Source: Alkalispirochaeta sp. (GTDB lineage Bacteria; Spirochaetota; Spirochaetia; DSM-27196; Alkalispirochaetaceae). Taken from it: a DNA stretch of 64,000 nucleotides. Positions within the stretch are counted from its first letter, which is position 1. Every line of letters begins with the position of its first letter. The DNA lies in contig OZ271854.1 of assembly GCA_965601925.1 (NCBI GenBank), positions 32,001 to 96,000 of the forward strand, given 5' to 3'. The notes beneath the pieces were generated by a model. That model did no database searches. It saw only the letters and a list, made by a program, of their open reading frames with translations, and was not told the DNA's origin. A program made the position numbers and the translations under genes. This document shows, piece after piece, positions 55,865 through 64,000 of the stretch.

Positions 55865-58354
55865 ATGCACGACCTGACCAAACGATTACCGCTCAACACA
55901 GCGGAACCCGCCACTCCCTTCGGCCATTGGGACGAGGAGGAGGGGCTCGACTGCTTCGTCTACACCGCCGACCACCGAACGCTCGATGCGGCGCTCTGGG
56001 ATCCCGTAAATCTGCCCAAAACACGACGCCACGAAGTAGGAATCGGTAACGAACGTCTGCAGATGTTCTGCGACAACACCGGCGGAGTCGCGCTCTGGGA
56101 CGAGGGCGAGGTCCACCGATGGCTCACCGCACCGGCTCCCCACGGCACGGGCGGCACGGTAGTGACTCACAACGACACCCCGATGGGCACGCTCGAGGCG
56201 GATTGGCCGGAGGGAGTCGTGCCCGAACGCATATTCGGTCCGAATACCTTTCGCGTCCGCTTCTCCAAAAATGGAGTATCGATTGAGCGCGCCGTAATGG
56301 TGCCGCACGGGGATACTCCTTGGGTGCTGGTCAGGGTGACCGTCCGCAACGACGGTGCCGCTCCCGCCGAGATGACGCTACGCGAGAGTTGGCGCGTGTC
56401 GCCTCGGCTCACGCCCGCGTTGACTCCCCACGACCTCACCGTGGCGGCCGCACAGTCACTACTGCGATTCTCCGTCGAGGAAACGTCGCGGAGCCTGCGG
56501 GCTACGCAAGACCTGCCGTCCCAAGAGGAGATCGAGGCATTCGTCCGGGAGATAGCCGAGACGGCGCGCGAGATCGATATGGAGAGTGTAACGCCGGAGA
56601 GCCTCCGGGCGCATATGACGGAGCACCCTCCCCTCTACGGCGACCGTATGGTTTTGACTCTGGAACCGCTTTCGGAGGGATATATCCTCTCCTCGGACGG
56701 AGCGGCGCATCCGACGCTCTCCGCCGAAGGAGAGCTTACGCTGGCACCCGGCGAGGAGCGCACGGTCTGGTTTCGTTTCGGCGTTCCGGACGGGGAGACG
56801 CCGACCGATCCCGGACGGCTGTGGAGGGAGAGCATCGAGGCTCTGCAAGCGCGATTGCCGCGGGTGACACTACCCGGTGGTGAGGTGCTGTCGCGGGAGC
56901 TCCGTTGGCACGCGGCACTCTTGACGGGGCAGGCGAGCGTCGCACGAGCCGGAGGGATGCCGGGACACTTTCTTTCGCAAGGCAGTCTCTATCGCGCCTT
57001 CGGCGGGGTCAATGCCATGAACGACACGACGCAGTTCGGCCTGCCGCTTATCTACACTCAGCCTACGTTGGCGCGCTCAATTCTGCTCAATACCCTGGCC
57101 TGGGCCGATCCGTCCGGGCGGATCTGGTACGGCATCTCGGCGGACGGCGCACTCTGGGACGGTCCGACGGAGTTCATGCACGCGGAGGAGATCGTGCTCA
57201 CCGACACGGCGCTGTGGCTTTTCTGGTACGTCTCCGAGTACGCGATCGCGACCGGCGACTGGGCCGTCTTTGAGGAGGTGGTGCCGTACCATCGATCCCT
57301 GAACGCGGAACCGGCGCCCGTCCGAGAGCACCTTCGGCGGATATGGGGCTATTGGCGCGACACGATCGGCATCGGACCGGGCGGCAACGTGCGCTTGCGC
57401 TCCGGAGACTGGAACGACGTCATCCTGCGCCTCCTGGACTTTCCGCCCGAGCGGGTGTTCGAAGAGGGCGAGTCGGTCTATTCCTCGGCTCTGGCGGCTT
57501 GGACGCTACCGGTCTTTGCCGGTGTACTCGAGCGGATCGGCGAAACGGCCCTCGCCGCACGGATGCGCGGGACGGCCGACGAGCTGCTCACGGCGGTTCG
57601 CAACGCGTGGAACGGCACGTGGTTCCGACGCGCCTACGGACCGGAAGGGGCGGTGATCGGAGACAAGGCGATCTGGCTGGAGGTACAGGTCTGGGCCTTG
57701 ATGGCCGGTGCGGCCACCGACGAGCAGGCGCGCATCCTCATCGACACCATCAAGGAGCACTGTATGGCCGGCGCGCCGTTAGGCCCGCGCGTCCGCGTCG
57801 CACTGCACGGCGAGGACGACAACGGCGGGTTTCGGCCCGGAACGGGTCTCGCGGGCGGTACCTGGAATAGCGTGAACGGCATACTCCTGTGGGCCGTCCG
57901 CGATCGCGACCCGGAGCTGGCGTGGGAGCTCTGGCAACAACTTTCGCTCGCCAATCACATTGCGCACTACCCCGACCAGTGGTCCGGGACGCTGTCGGCG
58001 ACGGACTCCTACAACAGTCCGGAGAGCTACAATCCCGGCGGTGCGTACGTCATCGACGGTACGACATTCTCGGCGCAGACGTATCCCGTCAACAATGCGC
58101 ACGCGCACACCCATCTTCTTCTGGGACTGATCAGGCTGCTCGGCATCGAGCCCGGAACCGAGGGCCAACTGAAAGTCCGGGGCATCGAAGGTGTGAGCTG
58201 GCGGAGCCGCGGGCTGGAAATGCGACCCGACGGATCGGGAGCGGTAAAAGCCGTCGGACCGGTCGCGGTCGAGCTGCCGAACGGTCGAAGAATGTCGGGT
58301 GACGGGACGGTCACGTGGAACGCCGGAGAGACGGCCGATAGGGAGACATCGTGA
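55865..58354 (+). CDS. Divergent GH94-like (cellobiose-phosphorylase-fold) glycoside-cleaving enzyme
   Basis: 'SGDWND' catalytic motif, 'GESVY', 'AWNGTWFRRAY', 'IWLEVQ.WA'; RBS AAGGAG. Confidence 0.72.
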   Translation: MHDLTKRLPLNTAEPATPFGHWDEEEGLDCFVYTADHRTLDAALWDPVNLPKTRRHEVGIGNERLQMFCDNTGGVALWDEGEVHRWLTAPAPHGTGGTVVTHNDTPMGTLEADWPEGVVPERIFGPNTFRVRFSKNGVSIERAVMVPHGDTPWVLVRVTVRNDGAAPAEMTLRESWRVSPRLTPALTPHDLTVAAAQSLLRFSVEETSRSLRATQDLPSQEEIEAFVREIAETAREIDMESVTPESLRAHMTEHPPLYGDRMVLTLEPLSEGYILSSDGAAHPTLSAEGELTLAPGEERTVWFRFGVPDGETPTDPGRLWRESIEALQARLPRVTLPGGEVLSRELRWHAALLTGQASVARAGGMPGHFLSQGSLYRAFGGVNAMNDTTQFGLPLIYTQPTLARSILLNTLAWADPSGRIWYGISADGALWDGPTEFMHAEEIVLTDTALWLFWYVSEYAIATGDWAVFEEVVPYHRSLNAEPAPVREHLRRIWGYWRDTIGIGPGGNVRLRSGDWNDVILRLLDFPPERVFEEGESVYSSALAAWTLPVFAGVLERIGETALAARMRGTADELLTAVRNAWNGTWFRRAYGPEGAVIGDKAIWLEVQVWALMAGAATDEQARILIDTIKEHCMAGAPLGPRVRVALHGEDDNGGFRPGTGLAGGTWNSVNGILLWAVRDRDPELAWELWQQLSLANHIAHYPDQWSGTLSATDSYNSPESYNPGGAYVIDGTTFSAQTYPVNNAHAHTHLLLGLIRLLGIEPGTEGQLKVRGIEGVSWRSRGLEMRPDGSGAVKAVGPVAVELPNGRRMSGDGTVTWNAGETADRETS

Positions 58355-58533
58355 ACGTACGGGCGTGCCGATCGTTCCGGGACGAGAGTCGAACCGCCTG
58401 CCTTCGACGCCCGTCGAGTCTACGGCGGACGGACCAAATCGCGACTTCCTGAGGTGCCGGCGGCGGCTCGATGTGTGCGGTGCGCCTATCGACGCCGGTG
58501 CCGCACCGACGCCGCGCATTCGATTGCGGCTCA

Positions 58534-59190
58534 TCACGTAGGTGTTGGAGCTTCTCCAGGGGCGCGCAACCCATGCAGGGCGATGTCGACGGAGATGTGC
58601 ACAACCCGCGCAATCTCCTCGGCCGTCGGTGTTATCGTATCGACCAGGACTTCAATAGGCGGCACATTGGCGCCTATCATCTCCACCACTGTTCTCGCCG
58701 TCACCGCATAGTCGGTGACGTGTATCAGCCCCCGCTCCGACCATACGCGCAAAGCAGCCTCCATCTGCCGATACGCGACGACCGGTCCGCCGTCGTAGAA
58801 GACGCGCCCCAACGCCGGAAAGCGCATACTCTCACCGATTACAACGCGGTAGAGGGAGACGACTCTCTTCGAGGTAAGGGTGCTGACATAACGCTCGCCG
58901 AATCGCTGCAACGCTCCCCGTACGTCGTCGGTGTCGGTCTCCAGGACGATCGAGTTATGCGAGAGGTCGCTACCGACGTAGGCGATGACGGCGCCGAAGA
59001 GCGCCTCCTTGCTTCCGAACCACTTGTAGATGTCGCGCCGCGATCCACCGGATCGCGATATGATCTCCTCGACCGATGCCTTCTCGTATCCCTTCTCCAA
59101 AAACACTTCGGTCGCCGCCTCTAACATAGCTCGACGCCGCTCGACGCCGGGACGGCGGGTAGGATCACTCTGCGTAGGGGACGTTTCCAT
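58534..59190 (-). CDS. TetR-family transcriptional regulator
   Basis: 'AATEVFLEKGYEKASVEEI..SGGSRRDIYKWFGSKEALF', 'ESMRFPALG'. Confidence 0.9.
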   Translation of the reverse strand: METSPTQSDPTRRPGVERRRAMLEAATEVFLEKGYEKASVEEIISRSGGSRRDIYKWFGSKEALFGAVIAYVGSDLSHNSIVLETDTDDVRGALQRFGERYVSTLTSKRVVSLYRVVIGESMRFPALGRVFYDGGPVVAYRQMEAALRVWSERGLIHVTDYAVTARTVVEMIGANVPPIEVLVDTITPTAEEIARVVHISVDIALHGLRAPGEAPTPT

Positions 59191-59659
59191 TACCACGCAC
59201 CAACGCAGGCGACAGCGAAAGTAAAGGGTGTGTCGTATCGCGATCGATACACATGATATTCAGCCACGGCACCCTCCCGGACAAGATGGAAGCGATCGTT
59301 TACGATATCGAAGGTGCCACCTCTTGAATAGTACACTACGTCGTAGGTCACGCATGGCCGGGGCCCCGGCTCGATTACATCCGTTGATCGGTGCGGTTCA
59401 GCTGACGCCAAACTTCTACCGATACCGGAGTGCACCCGCGTCATTGTCGGTCGTCACCGCCGCGGTCGTGGTGACATTCGGAGAAATCGAAACGTCGCCG
59501 GAGAAACGAGGGAATACACGGTCTCAATATTGAAAACTGGGCGAAATAGCGGTGCAGCGATGCGTTTCGCGATCGAAAACAGACGCATCGGCGTCGTAGC
59601 ACACCGGACACCACGCACGGATCGAGGAGTGCTCCTCTCTCCTCGATCCCTACGCGCCG

Positions 59660-60532
59660 TCACCCCTTCACCGAGCCCGACATCAACCCACGGACGAAGT
59701 ACCGTCCCGAGACCAGATAGATCACCAACGTCGGAAAGGCCGCCATGAGCGCCCCGGCGAAGTGCACGTTGTACTCCCTCACGCCGGTGGACGAGCTCAC
59801 GAGATTGTTGAGTGCCACCTGCATCGGTTGCGAAGTTGCGTCGCCGAAGGAGGCGCCGAAGAGAAAGTCGTTCCAGATGTTGGTCGTTTGCCAGATGACC
59901 GACACCATGATCACCGGCGCGGAATTGGGAAGGATAATCTCCATGAAAATTCGTCCGAAGTGCGCCCCGTCCACCTGGGCCGACTGAATGAGCTCGTGAG
60001 GCATACTCGCGTAGCTGTTGCGAAAAAAAAGCGTCGTAAAGGCGACGCCGTACACGGTATGGACCAACACCAACCCGGTCGTCGTCCCCGCCAGTCCGAG
60101 GATCCCCAGGATGCGTGCCATGGGTATCAAGACGGTCTGAAAGGGGATAAAGGCGCCGAAGAGGATCAAGGCGAAGAGCGCGCGGCTGTTACGGATCGGC
60201 CACTGGGCGAGGACGAAGCCTGCCAATGCGCCGAGGGTCGTCGAGAGTAACACCGCCGGAATGACCATCTGCACCGAATTGAGAAAGTAGGGCCGCAGTC
60301 CCGTCGCCTGAACGCCGATCTGTGTGGAGGCCCACGCCTGGGCCCAATAGTCGAGGGAGAACTCAGCCGGGAGCGCCAACATGTTGCCGGTGCGGATCTC
60401 GGCAAGGGGTTTGACCGAGTTGACCACCATCACATAGAGGGGGACCAAAAAGTAGATCGCAAAGATCACCATGAGTACGACGATCGCCGCCTTGGCGACC
60501 TTCGACATGCGTATCGTTCCACCGATCGTCAT
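59660..60532 (-). CDS. Carbohydrate ABC transporter permease (GtsC-like)
   Basis: 'FIPFQ', 'FFRN..PHELIQSAQVDGA', 'TNIWNDFLFG', C-terminal 'SVKG'. Confidence 0.92.
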   Translation of the reverse strand: MTIGGTIRMSKVAKAAIVVLMVIFAIYFLVPLYVMVVNSVKPLAEIRTGNMLALPAEFSLDYWAQAWASTQIGVQATGLRPYFLNSVQMVIPAVLLSTTLGALAGFVLAQWPIRNSRALFALILFGAFIPFQTVLIPMARILGILGLAGTTTGLVLVHTVYGVAFTTLFFRNSYASMPHELIQSAQVDGAHFGRIFMEIILPNSAPVIMVSVIWQTTNIWNDFLFGASFGDATSQPMQVALNNLVSSSTGVREYNVHFAGALMAAFPTLVIYLVSGRYFVRGLMSGSVKG

Positions 60533-60533
60533 T

Positions 60534-61406
60534 CTAGATCTCCTTCACCTGTGAGCGGATGTAGGGCACGATGATGGCGGCGATCATGACGAGCATGAAG
60601 ACCGCCGAGGCGGCGCCGACCCCCATTTGGTTGCGCGTAAAGGTGTAGGAGTACATGAACGTTGAGGGGAGCTCCGTCGCGCGTCCCGGCCCTCCCCCGG
60701 TCAGTGCCACAACGAGGTCGTAGGATTTGATCGCCATGTGCCCCAGGATGACGAAGACCGAGAGAAACGACCCCGAGAGCTGCGGAACGACGACCCGCGT
60801 ATAGAGCTGCCATATCCCGGCGCCGTCGACCACTGCCGACTCGATCGTCCCGTGGTCGATCGCCCGCAGCCCGGAGAGAAAGATCACCATTACGAAGCCG
60901 CTCACCTGCCAGACCGCGGCGATAACGACGGTGTAGATGGCGTACTCGTTACTTTTGATCCAGTTGAAGGTGAAGTTTGAGAACCCCCACAGGCGCATGA
61001 TGTGCTCCAACCCGATACCGGGGTCGAGAAACCACTTCCACGCGGTACCGGTGACGATGAACGAGATCGCCATGGGATAGAGAAAGATCGGACGAAAGAG
61101 CGTCTCTCCCAAGCGGTTGAGATCGATGAGGATCGCGAGGAAGAGTCCAAGAAGCGTACTGATACCGATGTACAGCACGAAAAATATGCCCATATTCCTG
61201 AGGGCGAGATACCAGTTGTCCAATTGAAAGAGGCGGACGTAGTTCCGCCCACCGACCCAATTGAAACGGGGGAGAATCGTCGAGCCGGTGAATGAAAGAT
61301 AGATCGTAAAGAGAATGAATCCGTATACAAACACGAGAGTGACGATAAGGGCGGGAAAGAGTACGAATCGTGCCGTCAGATCGTCTGAGGAAAGTCGAAG
61401 GCTCAT
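60534..61406 (-). CDS. Carbohydrate ABC transporter permease (GtsB-like)
   Basis: 'LYPMAISFIVTGTAWKW', 'WQVSGF', 'IKSYDLVVALTGGGPG'. Confidence 0.92.
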   Translation of the reverse strand: MSLRLSSDDLTARFVLFPALIVTLVFVYGFILFTIYLSFTGSTILPRFNWVGGRNYVRLFQLDNWYLALRNMGIFFVLYIGISTLLGLFLAILIDLNRLGETLFRPIFLYPMAISFIVTGTAWKWFLDPGIGLEHIMRLWGFSNFTFNWIKSNEYAIYTVVIAAVWQVSGFVMVIFLSGLRAIDHGTIESAVVDGAGIWQLYTRVVVPQLSGSFLSVFVILGHMAIKSYDLVVALTGGGPGRATELPSTFMYSYTFTRNQMGVGAASAVFMLVMIAAIIVPYIRSQVKEI

Positions 61407-61472
61407 GGTCGGTTTCCTTCCAGGGTTTTCGATAGAGCGACGCGCCGCCGCCGGTAGGCGCGGCGCAAGGGA

Positions 61473-61499
61473 GAGAAGCCTCCCGGGAGGAGGCTTCTC
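61473..61499 (-). other. Intercistronic hairpin after the SBP gene
   Basis: GAGAAGCCTCC-cggga-GGAGGCTTCTC perfect 11-bp stem with no U-tract. Confidence 0.55.
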
Positions 61500-61507
61500 C
61501 GTACGGG

Positions 61508-62782
61508 TTACTGGACCTGCGCCACCACGTCGGCCAGGGCGTCCACCGCCTCTTCACTCGATATTTGATTGTTGAAGTGTGCGGTAATCACATCGTACAT
61601 CGCGTTCTTGACCGCGGCGCGCGCACCGTGGCCGTGGGCCATCGAGCCGTATAACGTCCCGGAGGCGGCCGCATCTCGAAGTTCGCCCATGGCATTGCGC
61701 CCGATGACGGTAAACTCCTCGTCGGAGACGTCGGTCCGTGCCGGTACCGAACCCTTCACGGTGTTGAAAGCGACTTGAAAGCCGGGCTCCATGATGGCAC
61801 TCGCGAGCATCTGCTGTGCGCCCTGCAACTCCAGCGCCACCTCAAACATCACAAACTGATCGGAGTTGAATAGCACCGTACCCTGCGTACCGGGTGTGCG
61901 GAAGCCCATGAAGTCCTCGCCCGCCTCAAGTCCGGCGTTGAAGAACTCGCCCTTGGCCCAGTCACCCATCATTTGGAAGAGCGCCTCACCCTGAATCACC
62001 ATGGCCGAGGCGAGGTTCCAGTCGCGACCGCTGAAGTTGGGATCCACGTAGCCGCGCAGAACTTCCATACGCTCAAACACGTCCAGCATCTGATCCGACC
62101 GGAGCGCATCCTCGTCGAGGTCGATAATCGCCCGCCGATAGAAGTCGGGACCGCCGACCGATACGAGGACCGCTTCCCACACCGTCGCGTCCTGCCACGC
62201 CTGTCCGCCGTGGGCGAGACCGACGTAGCCCGCCGCCTGTGCCGCTTCCAATGCGGCGACGTACTCGTCCCACGTCTCGGGGATCTCAAGCCCGAGCTCG
62301 TTCAAGAGGGAGAGATTCGTCCAGACCCAGTTTGTCGAGTGCACGTTGACCGGCGCGGCGATCCAGTCGCCGTTATAGGTGGAAAACTGCTTAATCGCGT
62401 CGGGAATCACCGCGTCCCAGTTCTCGGCCGCGGCGATATCGTTGACGTTGGCCAGTACACCCAGCTCCGCCCAGTCGACGATATCGTAGCCCAGCATCTG
62501 CACCGCCGCCGGAGGATTGCCCGCCGTCGCGCGGGAACGAAGCACCGTCATCGCCTCGGTACCGCCGCCGCCGGCCACCGGGGAGTCGACCCACTCGATG
62601 CCCTCGGCCTCCAGGTTATCCTTAAGAACGCCGAGCGCTGCGGCCTCGCCGCCGGAAGTCCACCAGTGCAAGACCTCGACCGTGTTGTCGTCGACGACGG
62701 ATTCCTGTCCGCCGGCGGCAAAGAGCGACCCCGCCGAGGCGACGATCGTCAAGACAACGACCATGACGAGCATTTTCTTCAT
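61508..62782 (-). CDS. Glucose/mannose-type ABC substrate-binding protein (GtsA-like)
   Basis: 'EVLHWWTSGGEAAAL', 'PVNVHSTNW', 'AHGGQAWQ', 'MGDWAKGEF', 'KGSVPARTD'. Confidence 0.9.
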   Translation of the reverse strand: MKKMLVMVVVLTIVASAGSLFAAGGQESVVDDNTVEVLHWWTSGGEAAALGVLKDNLEAEGIEWVDSPVAGGGGTEAMTVLRSRATAGNPPAAVQMLGYDIVDWAELGVLANVNDIAAAENWDAVIPDAIKQFSTYNGDWIAAPVNVHSTNWVWTNLSLLNELGLEIPETWDEYVAALEAAQAAGYVGLAHGGQAWQDATVWEAVLVSVGGPDFYRRAIIDLDEDALRSDQMLDVFERMEVLRGYVDPNFSGRDWNLASAMVIQGEALFQMMGDWAKGEFFNAGLEAGEDFMGFRTPGTQGTVLFNSDQFVMFEVALELQGAQQMLASAIMEPGFQVAFNTVKGSVPARTDVSDEEFTVIGRNAMGELRDAAASGTLYGSMAHGHGARAAVKNAMYDVITAHFNNQISSEEAVDALADVVAQVQ

Positions 62783-62911
62783 ACAGCCTCCTTCTCGGTC
62801 CCCGAGGACCGCATATCAGATGACATAAAGGATAGTCCAATCGGAGCACGGCGCAACTGAATGGATCCGTTACACCGCCGAGCGATTGCGCAACCCTTTC
62901 AATCATCTTTC

Positions 62912-62949
62912 GAAAGTCAATTGACTTTCTTTCATAACTATTTTACATT
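62912..62949 (+). promoter_or_regulatory. ROK gene promoter overlapped by an 18-bp palindrome
   Basis: GAAAGTCAATTGACTTTC (62912-62929); TTGACT (62921)-17-TACATT (62944). Confidence 0.65.
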
Positions 62950-63004
62950 GTAAGTGCACCTTTAAACTGTGTCAAACAAAAAAGACATTCTCCGGAGGTG
63001 ATTC

Positions 63005-63970
63005 ATCGAACGGATACTGTGTGGCGTTGACCTTGGCGGTACGAAGATCGCGATCGCCCTCGTAGGCATCGACGGCGTACTCATACGCAAAGCGGAGATC
63101 CGCAATCACCAATCTCTGGGTGAGGACGAGACCGTCCGTCGGATCGCCGAGACGATCCGTACCGTGCTGTCCGAGGAGTCGGTATCGCCTGAGGCGGTCG
63201 CCGGTATCGGCCTCGGCACGTCGGGTCATGTGGACCATCGTCGGGGGCGATTAATCACCAACTCGAATCTTCCCGGCTTTACCGACTATCCGATCGGCGA
63301 ACGCCTCCAAAACGCAACGGGCATGGCGGTGCGCGTCGACAACGACGCCAACGCTCAAGCGTACGCCGAGTATCTCTTCGGCGCCGCACGTGGCTTCGCG
63401 CATGCGGTGTTCGTCACGATCAGCACGGGAATCGGCGCGGGTATCGTCATCGACGGGAAGCTCTATCGCGGCGTCACCGGTACCGCCGGCGAGCTCGGCC
63501 ACACGATCGTCAACCCCCACAGCACGATTCGGTGCGGCTGCGGCAACTACGGGTGCCTGATGGCCCACGCCTCGGGGCTGGCGCTTCCTCAGATCGTACG
63601 ACAAAAGCTCCTGCGCCCCGGAGTGGAGACGACCATCAATTTCACGCGTCTCACCGATCGCGAGATCAACGGCGAGTTCATCGGGGAGGGATTTCGCAGC
63701 CATGATCCCCTCTGCCGGGAGGTTGTTCTGGAGTGCGCGGACTACATGGGCATCGGCCTGCAAAACGCCTTTCAGGTGCTGAATCCCGGCGTGATCGTGA
63801 TCGGCGGCGGTCTCACCAGCTGGGGTGACGCCTACATCGATCGGATACGGAGTCGATTCTATCGCACGGCCGGTGATATGCTGAGCGACCCTATAGAGAT
63901 CAGAACGGCGACGCTCGGTACCGATGCCGCGGTGATCGGTGCCGCCGCGTTGGTGATGGAGACCACATGA
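63005..63970 (+). CDS. ROK-family sugar kinase (glucokinase-like) with an apparent ATC start
   Basis: The frame of ORF 63164-63970 extends upstream through 'ILCGVDLGGTK' to an in-frame TGA at 62999; GGAGG at 62994 lies 6 nt before ATC 63005; 'DNDANA', 'GELGH..CGCG..GC'. Confidence 0.85.
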   Translation: MERILCGVDLGGTKIAIALVGIDGVLIRKAEIRNHQSLGEDETVRRIAETIRTVLSEESVSPEAVAGIGLGTSGHVDHRRGRLITNSNLPGFTDYPIGERLQNATGMAVRVDNDANAQAYAEYLFGAARGFAHAVFVTISTGIGAGIVIDGKLYRGVTGTAGELGHTIVNPHSTIRCGCGNYGCLMAHASGLALPQIVRQKLLRPGVETTINFTRLTDREINGEFIGEGFRSHDPLCREVVLECADYMGIGLQNAFQVLNPGVIVIGGGLTSWGDAYIDRIRSRFYRTAGDMLSDPIEIRTATLGTDAAVIGAAALVMETT

Positions 63971-64000
63971 ACGACCGTCAAAAATCGATCCTCCGCCTCC
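63967..64000 (+). CDS. Partial CDS, probably the N-terminus of a DeoR/GlpR-type HTH regulator
   Basis: ATGA overlap with the ROK stop; MNDRQKSILRL; truncated by the window end. Confidence 0.45.
   Translation, partial: MNDRQKSILRL

Noticed and set aside
59200..59655. Long intergenic region with short ORFs and a GGCACC..GGTGCC stem
   Set aside because: No recognisable RNA family, protein motif or terminal repeats; cannot support a call

Overview
High-GC (roughly 60-65% by eye) bacterial chromosomal segment, most likely from a free-living Spirochaetota. The two ABC solute-binding proteins carry the spirochaete-type 'LFAAGxQES' signal end with no lipobox Cys, and many proteins are Asp/Glu-rich. 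Left to right: (1) a self-contained glucitol/sorbitol-family PTS operon with its own HPr and EI, a split and reordered SrlE, and a SAF-domain dehydrogenase instead of SrlD; (2) a YjfB-like gene, a corA remnant, a beta-propeller-sensor diguanylate cyclase, a REC-PAS-PAS degenerate kinase, an HD hydrolase, and a secreted protein plus OmpR/BaeS-type two-component pair; (3) a minus-strand purine cluster purB-purL-[guanine riboswitch]-purC-purF-purM-purN-purD, in which PurD is fused in frame to a HisI cyclohydrolase domain; (4) a TetR-regulated RND efflux system followed by a divergent PfkB kinase and an ECF S component; (5) a glycyl-radical-enzyme operon (remodelled Rpe-like epimerase, Gfo/Idh/MocA oxidoreductase, PflD-like GRE, activase, atypical ROK kinase), the best candidate here for an undescribed pathway; (6) an alpha/beta hydrolase, PadR and a serine hydrolase; (7) YesM/YesN, a sugar ABC transporter, an enolase-superfamily dehydratase and a CapA-like protein; (8) an MFS transporter and a GH94-like enzyme sharing an operator, then TetR; (9) a glucose-type ABC transporter divergent from a ROK kinase that has no canonical start codon. 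No rRNA, tRNA, CRISPR array or mobile element was seen. All calls are from motif recognition by eye; no searches were run.
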